Positions 16,207 through 26,310 of a DNA stretch of 64,000 nucleotides are shown here, one piece after another. The stretch spans positions 1,549 to 65,548 of the forward strand of contig JAGVER010000010.1 in NCBI GenBank assembly GCA_020058085.1, read 5' to 3'. The position numbers and the translations under genes are program-made. Within the stretch, counting starts at the first letter, position 1. The number at the start of each line of letters is the position of its first letter. The notes beneath the pieces were generated by a model. That model did no database searches. It saw only the letters and a program-made list of their open reading frames with translations, and had not been told where the DNA came from. The DNA is from Candidatus Omnitrophota bacterium. Lineage in GTDB: Bacteria; Omnitrophota; Gorgyraeia; Gygaellales; Profunditerraquicolaceae.

Positions 16207-18252
16207 TTAATCTTTTAAGACCGAGTCGGCGCAAGAGACTACGTCTTCAACGCTAATCGCCTTTAAGCAGGCGAATTGTTTTTTACAATTATGTGCCAAG
16301 CATTCGATGCATTCGATGCATCCGACGTCTTTGTGCAAGACTTTATCTCTTAGGCCTACCGGCCCCCAACGCTTCGGGCTTAAACCTCTCTGTTTCCTGC
16401 CAAATATAGAGATTACAGGCGTACCTACTCCTGAAGCAATATGCACCGGACCAGAATCATTAGAAATAAACAAACTACATCTTTTTAGTAAACTGGCTAA
16501 CTGGGATACGGAAGTTTTTCCTGCTAGAGAGACTACAGAACTGCGCATATTTTTAATTACGTTTTGAGCAATTAATAAGTCTTTTGACCCAGAGACGACT
16601 AAAATTTTAAAGCCGTATTTTTGTGCTAACTCATCCGCCACTTCGGCAAAGCGTTCATGATGCCAAACCTTGGAAGGACAACTTGCTGCGGGATTTATGG
16701 CGAGTAATTTATCCTGCGCCTTTATACCTTCTTGTTTAAATAAATCATCAACCCATTCTTCGGATTCTTTCTTTATGGGCATAAAAAGATTTTTATCTTT
16801 AACATCGATTTTTAAATATCTTAATAAATCCAGATTATATTCCAGCTCATGCTTCTCCCCACGCTCTTTAGTATGGGGAATTCTGTCAGTAAGCAAAAAA
16901 CCTAATTTTCTATCGTAACCAACCCTTTTAGGTATGCCAGCGAGAAAACTTAATAAATGCGCGCGGTTTGTCGGATGTAAAACTATCGCCAGATCAAATC
17001 TTTTTTTCTCTAAATTACGGGCGAACTTTATCGACCGCGGCCAACTCTTATGTTTTCCTTCTTTATCATAAATAATAACTTCATCCAGATAAGGATTCCC
17101 TTCAACTATATCCTTAGCATAAGGAGAGACCACCATAGCAATAAAAGCATGAGGATATTTCTCGCGCACTGCTTTTATCACCGGCGTAGATAGAAGTACA
17201 TCTCCGATCCGATCGGTACGCACGATAAGAATACGTTTAAAAATAATGGGGACGGTTCTATTTTTCTTAAAAATAGAACCGTCCCCATTATTCCCATTAT
17301 TCAGCATCTCTCTTGATTGCCTTAGCACATCCTCTACCTTTATCAATCGCAGACAATCCAGAGTTCCCAGTTTACACTGCGCCTTTTTACATGGCCGACA
17401 ATGAATCTCTTTTTTTACTATGCTACTTTTTTTTGACCAGGGGCCATACTTACTATCATCAGTTATGCCAAATATAGCTACTACCGGTATATCCAGATAA
17501 CTTGCTATATGCATCGTGGCACTGTCATTACTAATTACTAAGGATGCCTTACTTAATAAGCTAGCCAACTCCCTTAGGTTAGTCTTGGCGCCTAGGTCTA
17601 AACAAGAGCCCTTTAAACTTTCATTAATATATTTATTTATCGGCGCATCTTCCTTATCTCCTACTAATACAACCTTAACTCCAAACTCTTCTTGCAATTT
17701 AAAAATCAGCTCGGCAAACTTCTCTTTAGGCCATCTTTTAGTATGACTGCGCGCTCCGGCAGATATGACAATAAAATTATCCTTATTACTGATCCCACCG
17801 TCTTTTAATAAACGCGTTATATACTCTGCGTCATTAGCACCTATATAAAAACTGCTCTTGGGCAAAGGATTATCACTCTTATATCCTGCGAGATAAAGAT
17901 GCCTCGCCTTCATATGTCTTATCTCTTTGGGTATTTTTGTAAGGCAAGGATGTTTGCTGTAGGCCTTAAGGATAAATCCTAAGAATGAATCCTTTAAATC
18001 TACAACCAGATCGAAATTATTCTTTATTAAATCCCTGAACAATTTAAGTTTTTCTTTAAATCCTGTGCGTTTATTATAAATAATAAATTTATCTACAGAA
18101 GGATTATCCGCGAATATATCTTTGGCTCTTTCGCTGGCTAAAACCGTAATATGGCTCTGGGGAAAGTCGGCCTTGAGAGAATCTAGGGCCGGAAGCGTAA
18201 GAATCACATCCCCAATATTGCTTAAAGTAATTAATAAAATCTTTTTTTTCAT
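16207..18252 (-). CDS. Tandem GT9 (heptosyltransferase-like) fusion protein; the two modules are joined by a palindrome-encoded linker
   Basis: 681 aa. The N module starts MKKKILLITLSNIGDVILTLPAL and has SNDSATMHIA. The C module starts KRILIVRTDRIGDVLLSTP and has SNDSGPVHIA. The linker NNGNNGDGSIFKKNRTVPIIF is encoded by 17242-17301. Confidence 0.8.
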   Translation of the reverse strand: MKKKILLITLSNIGDVILTLPALDSLKADFPQSHITVLASERAKDIFADNPSVDKFIIYNKRTGFKEKLKLFRDLIKNNFDLVVDLKDSFLGFILKAYSKHPCLTKIPKEIRHMKARHLYLAGYKSDNPLPKSSFYIGANDAEYITRLLKDGGISNKDNFIVISAGARSHTKRWPKEKFAELIFKLQEEFGVKVVLVGDKEDAPINKYINESLKGSCLDLGAKTNLRELASLLSKASLVISNDSATMHIASYLDIPVVAIFGITDDSKYGPWSKKSSIVKKEIHCRPCKKAQCKLGTLDCLRLIKVEDVLRQSREMLNNGNNGDGSIFKKNRTVPIIFKRILIVRTDRIGDVLLSTPVIKAVREKYPHAFIAMVVSPYAKDIVEGNPYLDEVIIYDKEGKHKSWPRSIKFARNLEKKRFDLAIVLHPTNRAHLLSFLAGIPKRVGYDRKLGFLLTDRIPHTKERGEKHELEYNLDLLRYLKIDVKDKNLFMPIKKESEEWVDDLFKQEGIKAQDKLLAINPAASCPSKVWHHERFAEVADELAQKYGFKILVVSGSKDLLIAQNVIKNMRSSVVSLAGKTSVSQLASLLKRCSLFISNDSGPVHIASGVGTPVISIFGRKQRGLSPKRWGPVGLRDKVLHKDVGCIECIECLAHNCKKQFACLKAISVEDVVSCADSVLKD
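17242..17292. repeat. 51-bp perfect palindrome (GGTTCTA-type element) lying in frame inside the GT9-GT9 gene
   Basis: AATAATGGGGACGGTTCTATTTTT-CTT-AAAAATAGAACCGTCCCCATTATT. The same 18-19 nt arms occur at 63431-63488. The adjacent 9-nt duplication CCCATTATT lies at 17293-17301. Confidence 0.9.
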
Positions 18253-18258
18253 AATATT

Positions 18259-19281
18259 TTATAATTTTATAGCTTGGATAACATCATCGGGCGAGATCGC
18301 CTTCATACAACGATTATCTCTACATTTTAGATCATAACAAGGGATTACGCAGCCAACATTTTTTTGCAGGATTATTGTGTTCTTCAAAGGATAAGGCCCG
18401 GTAATCTCAAGCGAGGTCGGGCCAAAAATAGCAATTATCTTTTTTGCGCCTACGCTATTAGCAATATGCATCGGCCCGGAATCAGCAGTAATAAAGAGGC
18501 TCGCCTCTTTAGCTAAAGCGCCTAGTTGCTTTAGATTAAAAACTCCACAGGCAATTATGGGCTTAAATTTCATTTTTTCTTTGATCTGTACGGCCAGAGA
18601 CTGATCGCTATGCGCGCCGGTAATCACTACCTTGGCCCCAAGGCTCTCGATTAATTTATCCGCTAACTCTGCCCAATATTCTTTTGGCCAACGCTTAGAG
18701 AGCCAGTTGCCTCCGGGATTTATTGCCACTAAAAAATCTTTATTACTAACCGAATTCTTATTCAAGAATTCCTGCGCTAACTTAGTATCCTCATCACTTA
18801 AATAAAATTCCGTATACCTATCCTCAACCTTGAGCCCGGCACGTTCAATAATGTCCAAATAATAATCTATGCGGTGAAGAGAATCTCTCGGCGGAGGCAT
18901 AATCTTTTGCGTAAGAAGAAAACCCCTCTTTTTCGTATAATGGCCTATCCTCTTAGGTATGCCGGCAAGGCGGCAGATAAGCGCGCGGCTAAATGACCGA
19001 TGCAGAAGAAATACAATATCAAAATCTTTTTCCCTTAAACTACGTACAAAATTGAGGCGTTCAAATATACCCTTATGCCGGTCATTCTCATCAAATATGA
19101 TAATTTCATCTAAATTAGGGTTGTCTTTTAATACCGGATAGCAACGGCTAGGTATAATACAGGCAATAAAACTCTCCGGAAAATTACGCCGGATATTCCT
19201 GATTGTAGCCGTAGAAAACAAAACATCACCTAGCCAGTTTACGTTGAAGATTAGGATCTTTTCACCAACCAAACCCCTCAT
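18259..19281 (-). CDS. GT9 family glycosyltransferase (LPS heptosyltransferase-like)
   Basis: 340 aa. ILIFNVNWLGDVLFSTATIRNI and TADSGPMHIANSVG motifs. Confidence 0.85.
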   Translation of the reverse strand: MRGLVGEKILIFNVNWLGDVLFSTATIRNIRRNFPESFIACIIPSRCYPVLKDNPNLDEIIIFDENDRHKGIFERLNFVRSLREKDFDIVFLLHRSFSRALICRLAGIPKRIGHYTKKRGFLLTQKIMPPPRDSLHRIDYYLDIIERAGLKVEDRYTEFYLSDEDTKLAQEFLNKNSVSNKDFLVAINPGGNWLSKRWPKEYWAELADKLIESLGAKVVITGAHSDQSLAVQIKEKMKFKPIIACGVFNLKQLGALAKEASLFITADSGPMHIANSVGAKKIIAIFGPTSLEITGPYPLKNTIILQKNVGCVIPCYDLKCRDNRCMKAISPDDVIQAIKL

Positions 19282-20075
19282 TTACACCTCTTCTTGTTAT
19301 CCTTAAAAAACGCGTGATAGCCGCTCACCTTCGCCCATAAATAAAGCAAGTTCCCTGAGCTCTCAGAGATCCTTACTCTCTTTAAGGCGAAAAGATCTTG
19401 GGCAGAATAACAATATCCCGTCTTGGTGGATACCCCCAATTTATACCCGGCCCCAATAACCAATTCCTTGATATGTTTATCTAAAAAACCTTCCGGATAG
19501 CTGAACATATTGATCGGGCACGCGAGTTTACCCTCTAAAACTTTCTTGGAATAGAAAATCTGTCTCTTTAGTTCATCTTCTGAACTTATATTGATAAGTG
19601 GTTCAGCTCCCATGCTATGGCTGCCAAAAGTAATTAAACCTGAAACCTGCATCTCTTTAATTTCATCCCAGCTTAATCTATCGGGCCTGCCTACCTCATC
19701 CACGATAAGAAACATTGTAGCTGGTATTTTATATTTCTTTAACGATGGAAAAGCATATTTATAGAAATCCTTATAGCCATCATCAAAAGTTACGGCCACT
19801 GCCTTATGCGGCAGCTTTTTATTATCCCTTATTAATCCAGCTAGAGACTCAAGCGGCAATATATTATAACCACGTTCCCTTAAAAAACGCATCTGACGTT
19901 CAAATGTTTTAGGATTGACTATAAGAGACTTCATAACAGGATCTATTTCCGGATTAACCGAATGATACATCATTATCGGCACAACGTAACGCCCGGAGAC
20001 AAAGCTAAAAAAAGACAAAATAACAACTAAAAATATTAATATTACTGATAACGCTATTCTTTTTTTCTTAAACAT
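19278..20075 (-). CDS. Polysaccharide deacetylase (NodB homology) with N-terminal membrane anchor
   Basis: 265 aa. VAVTFDDGYKDFY and HSMGAEP motifs. Confidence 0.85.
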   Translation of the reverse strand: MFKKKRIALSVILIFLVVILSFFSFVSGRYVVPIMMYHSVNPEIDPVMKSLIVNPKTFERQMRFLRERGYNILPLESLAGLIRDNKKLPHKAVAVTFDDGYKDFYKYAFPSLKKYKIPATMFLIVDEVGRPDRLSWDEIKEMQVSGLITFGSHSMGAEPLINISSEDELKRQIFYSKKVLEGKLACPINMFSYPEGFLDKHIKELVIGAGYKLGVSTKTGYCYSAQDLFALKRVRISESSGNLLYLWAKVSGYHAFFKDNKKRCK

Positions 20076-21157
20076 TCTTGATATAATTCTTCCGTTTTTA
20101 AAACTATCTTTTCCTCTGAAAATTCTGCCGCAATATACTTGCGGGCATTTGCTCCTAAACTTGAGGCTTTGTTGGAATCGAATAATAAATCGATTATTGC
20201 CTTGGCAATACCGGGAGAATCTTCGGGATTAACCAATAAGCCATTTTCTCCATCTTTAATCAAGGTCTTAATCCCGCCTACAGCTGAACCAATAACCGCA
20301 AGCCCGGAGGACATTGCTTCCATAAGCGCAAGGCCTAAACCTTCTTTTAGTGAAGGCATCACAAATATATCTATCGCCGATAAGATATCTCTTGTATCTA
20401 ATCTTTCGGTTACAAAAAAAACACTCTTGCCAATACTTAGGCTCTCGCTTAATCTTTTTAGCTCTTTTTCCATCTTGCCTTCTCCGGCAATAAGCAACTG
20501 CGCATCCGGAAAATCCACTAAGACTATCTTCATTGCCTCAATCAGATACTTATGCCCTTTAACATCGGAGAGTCGGGCCAAAATACCAATCACCGGGCTG
20601 GATCTTAAACCCAGCCGAGACTTTGCTTCCTGCTTCTGAGATAAAGAAACTGGCTTAAATTTGTCTACTGCGATACCATTATTTATCAAACTTATCCTCT
20701 CTAAGCCTACCTTAAAATCATCCCTGAGATGCTCTTTAACCTGCTCGCTTATGGCAATTATCCTCTCACCCCAACACGGGAAAATCTTACGCGAGAAACG
20801 CCTTTTAAAGAAACCATGGCAAGTAGAGATATGCTTTGCACTGGTAAGCTTATGCAACAAAGACCCTAAGACCTGCGTAGTCCGGCTATGTGAATGCAAT
20901 ATATCAATTTTATTATCTTTAATTACTTTACTTAATTTAAACGCGCTTAATAGTATTTTAAGGCTTAACTCATTTTTAGTCTTGATCGGTATGGAAATAT
21001 AAATTATCCCTAAATCATTAAATTTAGGCAACAATTCTCCGCCGCTGGACGCGATAAAGACGCTATGCCCTTCTTTCTTAAGCCCGGATGCCAGGGTAAA
21101 AATATAGCTAGTTATACCCCCAACGTTAAGATGATTAACCAGAAAAAGTATTTTCAT
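20054..21157 (-). CDS. GT4 family glycosyltransferase
   Basis: 367 aa. NVGGITSY N-terminus; EGLGLALMEAMSSGLAVIGSAVGGIKTLIKDGENGLLV (E-x7-E). Confidence 0.88.
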   Translation of the reverse strand: MKILFLVNHLNVGGITSYIFTLASGLKKEGHSVFIASSGGELLPKFNDLGIIYISIPIKTKNELSLKILLSAFKLSKVIKDNKIDILHSHSRTTQVLGSLLHKLTSAKHISTCHGFFKRRFSRKIFPCWGERIIAISEQVKEHLRDDFKVGLERISLINNGIAVDKFKPVSLSQKQEAKSRLGLRSSPVIGILARLSDVKGHKYLIEAMKIVLVDFPDAQLLIAGEGKMEKELKRLSESLSIGKSVFFVTERLDTRDILSAIDIFVMPSLKEGLGLALMEAMSSGLAVIGSAVGGIKTLIKDGENGLLVNPEDSPGIAKAIIDLLFDSNKASSLGANARKYIAAEFSEEKIVLKTEELYQECLRKKE

Positions 21158-23241
21158 TTTAAAAACTTATCTACCCCTTCAAGCACTTCTTCCGCGGTTA
21201 TCATATTCATACACTTCTTATCTTTACATCTTGCTTTATAGCATGGGCTGCAAGGCAGCTCTTTACGGATGATCAAATAATCTTTTGCCGGAGGCATATG
21301 CCTTAACGGATCAGTCGGCCCGAAAAAAGCAACGATCGGAATCCTCATCGCTACGGCAATATGCAAAGGAGATGAATCAGCGGAAACATAAACAGCGCAA
21401 CGCTTAATCAAACAGGCTAACTGATTAACCGTTGTTTTACCGCAAGCGTTAATTACCTTGACGTTCTTTACCGCATTAACCAGCATATTCGCTTCTGGAA
21501 GATCATCTTCAATGCCTGTGACGACTACACGGATATTCCTTAAACCAAGTTCATCGCAAAACCTGACCATATGCTGCCTGGGCCAACATTTAGTAGCCCA
21601 TCTTTTGCTTGCGCCCATATTTATCCCGACAATCTTTTGGTCATCACTCAACCACTGCGTATTCAATAAATTCTCTATATACTCTTGATCATCTTCAGTA
21701 GGCCATAATTCTAAATGGCTATCTCTTAAATCTATGCCCAGTAACTTTAACATCCTGAATTGATGCTCTACTGGCCCTATCCGAGGCTTATCATCTTTAA
21801 TCCGATAATTAAGTAAAAAACTTAATTTTCTATTATCATACCCATAGCGGTTAAGGCTCAAAGACAAGAATGAAAGCAAGTGGCTTAGGCGATTGTTCTG
21901 AAGATCAATCACTAAATCAAAGTTTTTCTTTCTTAAGATTCGCGCAATGCTTAATAATCCCGCAATACCCTTATCTTTACCTTTAAGGTCAACTACTAAA
22001 AGTTCGTCTATATAGGGGCTCTTAAGCAAGAGATCTTTAGATTCCTCTCCAACCAAGAAACTTATCTTATGATGCACAAACTTTTCTCTTATTGCCCTGA
22101 TCCCGGGTATAGATAAAATAACATCTCCTAAAGAGCTTAACTTAATAATTAATAATCTGGGATTCTCAATAGCATCTAGATAAACCTTAAGTGTATTCTC
22201 TACCATAAGCCCGACATTATACTTCTCTCTCACCTTTAAAATAGCTGCCTCGGCAAGATTAAAAGCTAACTGCGGATCTTTAAATATCTTTATTATTGCC
22301 TCGGCCATACTCGCAGGATCACCGGGAGGGACTAAAAGGCCGTTCTTGTTATTCTCAATAATATCAACAACACCGCCAACTTCTGTGGCCACTACCGGTA
22401 CCCCTGATGCCTGCGCCTCGATAACAACCCTGCCAAAAGCTTCATGAGTAGTAGTTGCAAGCACCAAAAGATCCAAATGCGATAAGATCTCCGGAATATT
22501 CTTTTGTGTTCCTAAGAATTCGGTACAATGGCCAAGCCCCAGTCTTCTGGTTAAAACTTGCACTTGCTCCTTATAGGCCTGATGGGTAGGAGAAGCGTCT
22601 CCGACTACCCAGATTTTTAAAGATGGGACCACCCTGGCAACCTTAGCCATAGCCTTAATAAAATATAAGTGCCCCTTAATAGGCGTAATCCTGCCGATAA
22701 TTGCGATATTAAATTCCTTGCCTCTTTTTTTATTCGGGCTTAAATATTTAAATTTCTCTAAGTCTACGCTCCGAGGTATCAAAGATATTCTGTCATGCGG
22801 CACGGCAAAATCTTCAATCATATGCCGTGCGATAATATTACTTAAAACAATTACCTTCTTTCCCCAGCCCATTACATAACTAAAAGGATGTTTTTTATAA
22901 TAACCGTGACAAGTCGTAATAAAGACGGTTTTAGTCCTACGGCAGGCAAAATAAGCGATCCAAGCTGGCACGCGCGAACGCGCATGTACAATATCTATCT
23001 CCTCTTTTTTTATAATCTCAACTAAAAGAGAAACCATCTTAATCATCGTAAAGAGTGATTTTTTATGAACGGCGAGCTGGTAATGTTTGGCCCCAACCTC
23101 CTCTAAATCTTTAACTAATTTGCCACCGGCAGAGACAACAACTGCCTTATGATTCAAACGCACCAGATACTTGGCTAAATCCAAGGTCCCGGTCTCTACC
23201 CCTCCGACATTTAACTCCGGTAAAATCTGCAGTATGTTCAA
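21154..23241 (-). CDS. GT4 - GT9 two-domain glycosyltransferase fusion
   Basis: The N half has EAFGRVVIEAQASGVPVVATEVGGVVDIIENNKNGLLV. The C half has LLIIKLSSLGDVILSIPGIRAI and SADSSPLHIAVAM. TTG at 23241 with an AAGGAG SD 8 nt upstream is preferred over the ORF-track ATG at 23280, which lies inside a repeat hairpin. Confidence 0.8.
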   Translation of the reverse strand: MNILQILPELNVGGVETGTLDLAKYLVRLNHKAVVVSAGGKLVKDLEEVGAKHYQLAVHKKSLFTMIKMVSLLVEIIKKEEIDIVHARSRVPAWIAYFACRRTKTVFITTCHGYYKKHPFSYVMGWGKKVIVLSNIIARHMIEDFAVPHDRISLIPRSVDLEKFKYLSPNKKRGKEFNIAIIGRITPIKGHLYFIKAMAKVARVVPSLKIWVVGDASPTHQAYKEQVQVLTRRLGLGHCTEFLGTQKNIPEILSHLDLLVLATTTHEAFGRVVIEAQASGVPVVATEVGGVVDIIENNKNGLLVPPGDPASMAEAIIKIFKDPQLAFNLAEAAILKVREKYNVGLMVENTLKVYLDAIENPRLLIIKLSSLGDVILSIPGIRAIREKFVHHKISFLVGEESKDLLLKSPYIDELLVVDLKGKDKGIAGLLSIARILRKKNFDLVIDLQNNRLSHLLSFLSLSLNRYGYDNRKLSFLLNYRIKDDKPRIGPVEHQFRMLKLLGIDLRDSHLELWPTEDDQEYIENLLNTQWLSDDQKIVGINMGASKRWATKCWPRQHMVRFCDELGLRNIRVVVTGIEDDLPEANMLVNAVKNVKVINACGKTTVNQLACLIKRCAVYVSADSSPLHIAVAMRIPIVAFFGPTDPLRHMPPAKDYLIIRKELPCSPCYKARCKDKKCMNMITAEEVLEGVDKFLK

Positions 23242-23315
23242 CTTTATTTCTCCTTGCACAGTAAGTGCATACTGGCCCATCCTTTAAGGCCAGGTATTGC
23301 CCAGTAAGCGCACTT
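23242..23315. repeat. Structured intergenic repeat, copy C (short form)
   Basis: TGCAC-AGTAA-GTGCA 23256-23270 abuts the SD complement. TACTGGCCC...GGCCAGGTA 23271-23298, with the same bulged G as copies A and B. Runs to the stop at 23316-23318. Confidence 0.7.
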
Positions 23316-25301
23316 TTACAATATCTTTTTCAGGGCCTCGCCGACTAAATAACTATCCCTTAGGCAAGGTCTAGCCGGTTTATCGCGCCAAACCGACTTA
23401 ACCGTGTTGCTTAAACCCCCACTTTCAACCAAGTATATATATTTATTCTTAGCAAAATAATTCAGAAGATCTTTATGCTTAAAGCTTAAGGCCGGGGCAT
23501 TAAAGACAAAGACATATTTCTTGCTACTTACCGCTTCAGAGATCATAGATATGCTTTCCGGAGAAGAAATAACAATCTTGCTTAGCCCCAATATACCGCC
23601 TATGGCCTCTGGAATATTCTTTTCATTAGCTACGACCATAAGTTTAATGCGCGGACAATCCTTGAATTCCCTTTTGATGATTTCCTCCACCCCTAAAGAC
23701 GTGCGCCGGGAAGTAGTAACTAAGATTTCAGCGCCTAAGTCCTTAGCTAAAGACTTTACTTCTTTTATCAGATCAGAGATTAATTCACCGGAGAGACGAA
23801 ATCCCTTGCTATCCCCGCCTATCAACAAACCTATGTATAAACTATCTTTATTTAACCCTTGAGATTTAATAAGCCCCACTGATTCTTCTTCTAGGTATTT
23901 ATCATCTATCAGATTAAGCGCGCCTTCAATTGCCTGGATATTCTTTCTTTTTAAAGGACGATCGTGCCGCGGCATAATAACTAAATTAAATTTATCTACC
24001 CCCAATAAAGCCGGACGCAGGATAACGACTGACTTACTTAGATTCTCGCGGGAAAAAATAAAATTTACTCCTGCAATTGAAGAACCCGCCGATATCACTA
24101 TATCCGGCTTAAGCCCTGCCAAGATTCCATAAGTTTTCTCGCTTAAGAATATCTTGAGACACTTAAGGCAACCCTGACAATTGTATCTTCCCGAAAAACA
24201 AACACAGATATTAAATATAAATTTGGCAAATTTATTCTTGAAGTCTATCTCTACTATATTAACCCTGGCCCTGATATTCTTTTCGCTTAACAAATTTTGC
24301 GCTATTTTTGATACTGCCTCTGACTGGCGTAAATGCCCGGTTTTTTTGTCGCTCAAGATAACTATATCTCTCTGGTCAGAATGTTTCCATATCTTATAAG
24401 TCCAAAGATACTCTTTAGGATTCCTACGTATAAAATCTTCAAAAATAGCGACAACCTTCTGGAGATTCTGCTTTATATCCTGATCCTCATCACCGGTCGC
24501 CTCACAAGAGGCGCACTTTGCCTTCCCATAGGCAAAGGTGCCTTTCATTACAATCTCCTTACCCGCCCATACCTTTATCTTCGGCCCGCGGGTACGAACA
24601 AAAAATATCGGAATTAATGCCGAGCCATATTTTAAGGCTAATTTAACCGCTCCTGTAGGCATAGAAGCAGGACGGCCGAAAAAATCAACCAGCGTCCCTG
24701 ACCTACCACCCTGGTCTGCCATCATACCTATAGCCTGATTATTCTTTAAGGCGTTAATTAACCCTCTCAACCCTTGATCACGAGTAATTATCCGGCAATC
24801 TTTATCTTTACGATAATTATTAAGCAAACGGTTTAAACGCGGAAACTTTTGGTCTTTTACAAAGAGAACAAAGGGGAAACCTAAATTCGCAGAGATAACA
24901 TTGGAAAACTCCCAACTTCCGGCATGAACTCCAACCAGGATTGCGCCTTTACCTCTTTTTAAGGCCCCGTTAATATGCTCCACACCTTCAATCTTAATAT
25001 GCTTATCCATATAATTACGATCCACTAATGGAATAAGGAAAACTTCGATAATACTCTGGCCAAATGACTGATAGAATGACCTGGTTAAGCGAGATAATTC
25101 CATGCAGGAAATCCCAGGGCCCAGCGCGAACTTAATATTGGCATAAGCCCTGGCTTTATGTTTAAGGTCAAGATAATAAAAACAATCGCCTAAGCGCCGG
25201 CCTAAGAATAGGCTGGACTCTATGGGTAAAACCCTTAAAATCGGGCCTAAGGTCTTAAAAAGAATACAACCTAAATAATCTGCCAAAAAAAAGTTCTTCA
25301 T
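23316..25301 (-). CDS. Lipid A late acyltransferase (LpxL/HtrB family) fused to an ELM1/DUF1022-like domain
   Basis: 661 aa. The N half has the acyltransferase HAGSWE (HX4E) motif and the MADQGGR region. The C half (LLIGGDSKGFRLS...VTTSRRT) resembles ELM1-family putative glycosyltransferases. Confidence 0.7.
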   Translation of the reverse strand: MKNFFLADYLGCILFKTLGPILRVLPIESSLFLGRRLGDCFYYLDLKHKARAYANIKFALGPGISCMELSRLTRSFYQSFGQSIIEVFLIPLVDRNYMDKHIKIEGVEHINGALKRGKGAILVGVHAGSWEFSNVISANLGFPFVLFVKDQKFPRLNRLLNNYRKDKDCRIITRDQGLRGLINALKNNQAIGMMADQGGRSGTLVDFFGRPASMPTGAVKLALKYGSALIPIFFVRTRGPKIKVWAGKEIVMKGTFAYGKAKCASCEATGDEDQDIKQNLQKVVAIFEDFIRRNPKEYLWTYKIWKHSDQRDIVILSDKKTGHLRQSEAVSKIAQNLLSEKNIRARVNIVEIDFKNKFAKFIFNICVCFSGRYNCQGCLKCLKIFLSEKTYGILAGLKPDIVISAGSSIAGVNFIFSRENLSKSVVILRPALLGVDKFNLVIMPRHDRPLKRKNIQAIEGALNLIDDKYLEEESVGLIKSQGLNKDSLYIGLLIGGDSKGFRLSGELISDLIKEVKSLAKDLGAEILVTTSRRTSLGVEEIIKREFKDCPRIKLMVVANEKNIPEAIGGILGLSKIVISSPESISMISEAVSSKKYVFVFNAPALSFKHKDLLNYFAKNKYIYLVESGGLSNTVKSVWRDKPARPCLRDSYLVGEALKKIL

Positions 25302-26304
25302 TTTTTACGATCTTTAACTCTATTCGCAAAACCAAGAGCTGTAAATCGTCAAAGATACTAAACGACTCACTTAAGAATCTCGCAGCATCCTTCTCGGTAG
25401 TAACCACTACTTTAAGCCCGTTCTCCTTAACCTTTCCGGCGATTACTTTAAGTTCGCCTAAAGTATAATTATGATGATCACTAAATCTTAAATCCAGCCC
25501 CACCCTTATACCTAAGCTTAAAATAAGCTTAGAGAAAGAATCCGGATCCCCTATTCCGGAAAGCAGTGCGACTTCTTTACCTTTAAGGCAATCCACGTTA
25601 AATAATTCTTGTGGCTTTCTAATATCATAAAAACCGATTGGATGGTGTATGGATTCAACAACTAAGGCCTTAGGGTTATATTTATTTAAAACGGATATTA
25701 ATTCATTTAGGTTATTTGTTAAATTAGTCTTAGTTAGAACAAAAATATCCGCTTTCTTTAAATAAGATAATGGCTGGCGCAATATGCCCCGGGGAAGCAT
25801 CTGCCTGTTACCAAAAGGATTAAGCGCGTCAATAGTCACTATCTCTAAATCTTTTCTAATATGCCATTGTTGCATACCATCATCTAATATAACCGTATCA
25901 GAGTTATATTCCCTTATCGCTCTTTTGGCTCCTCGCTCCCTATTTTTATCCACAATAACGGGAAGATCGCCTAAATTCTTGGAAAGCATCCTAGGCTCAT
26001 CCCCCATGGAATCAGCGCCTTTACGCTTGTAACCGCGGGTAAGTATAACCAGTCTACGCCCTCTCTTCTTTAAATGAAAGGAGATAAACTCTACTAAAGA
26101 AGTCTTTCCTGTGCCTCCTACAGTAATATTACCGATACTGATAACCCTTACATCGAAACGCTTTAAATCCAGCGATGAAATAAATATTAAGATACGAATA
26201 ATAAGGCCATAGACAAAAGAGAACAACAAGAGTATGAATTTTAAGCCCGAAGCGAGAAAACCCTTGCTTTTATCTGTAGCTAGATTATAAAGGTACTCTT
26301 TCAT
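25255..26304 (-). CDS. lpxK: Tetraacyldisaccharide 4'-kinase
   Basis: 349 aa. P-loop GNITVGGTGKTS; GDEPRML. Confidence 0.9.
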   Translation of the reverse strand: MKEYLYNLATDKSKGFLASGLKFILLLFSFVYGLIIRILIFISSLDLKRFDVRVISIGNITVGGTGKTSLVEFISFHLKKRGRRLVILTRGYKRKGADSMGDEPRMLSKNLGDLPVIVDKNRERGAKRAIREYNSDTVILDDGMQQWHIRKDLEIVTIDALNPFGNRQMLPRGILRQPLSYLKKADIFVLTKTNLTNNLNELISVLNKYNPKALVVESIHHPIGFYDIRKPQELFNVDCLKGKEVALLSGIGDPDSFSKLILSLGIRVGLDLRFSDHHNYTLGELKVIAGKVKENGLKVVVTTEKDAARFLSESFSIFDDLQLLVLRIELKIVKNEELFFGRLFRLYSF

Positions 26305-26310
26305 ATTGTT

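Noticed and set aside
15977-16234. 85-aa minus-strand ORF, and a 20-codon plus-strand ORF (MRKIIGVKKSTLSEKFDRDI)
   Set aside because: The 85-aa frame starts inside the upstream GT9 gene and runs through the nested palindrome. Neither has an SD or recognisable motifs, so the region is treated as a non-coding element.
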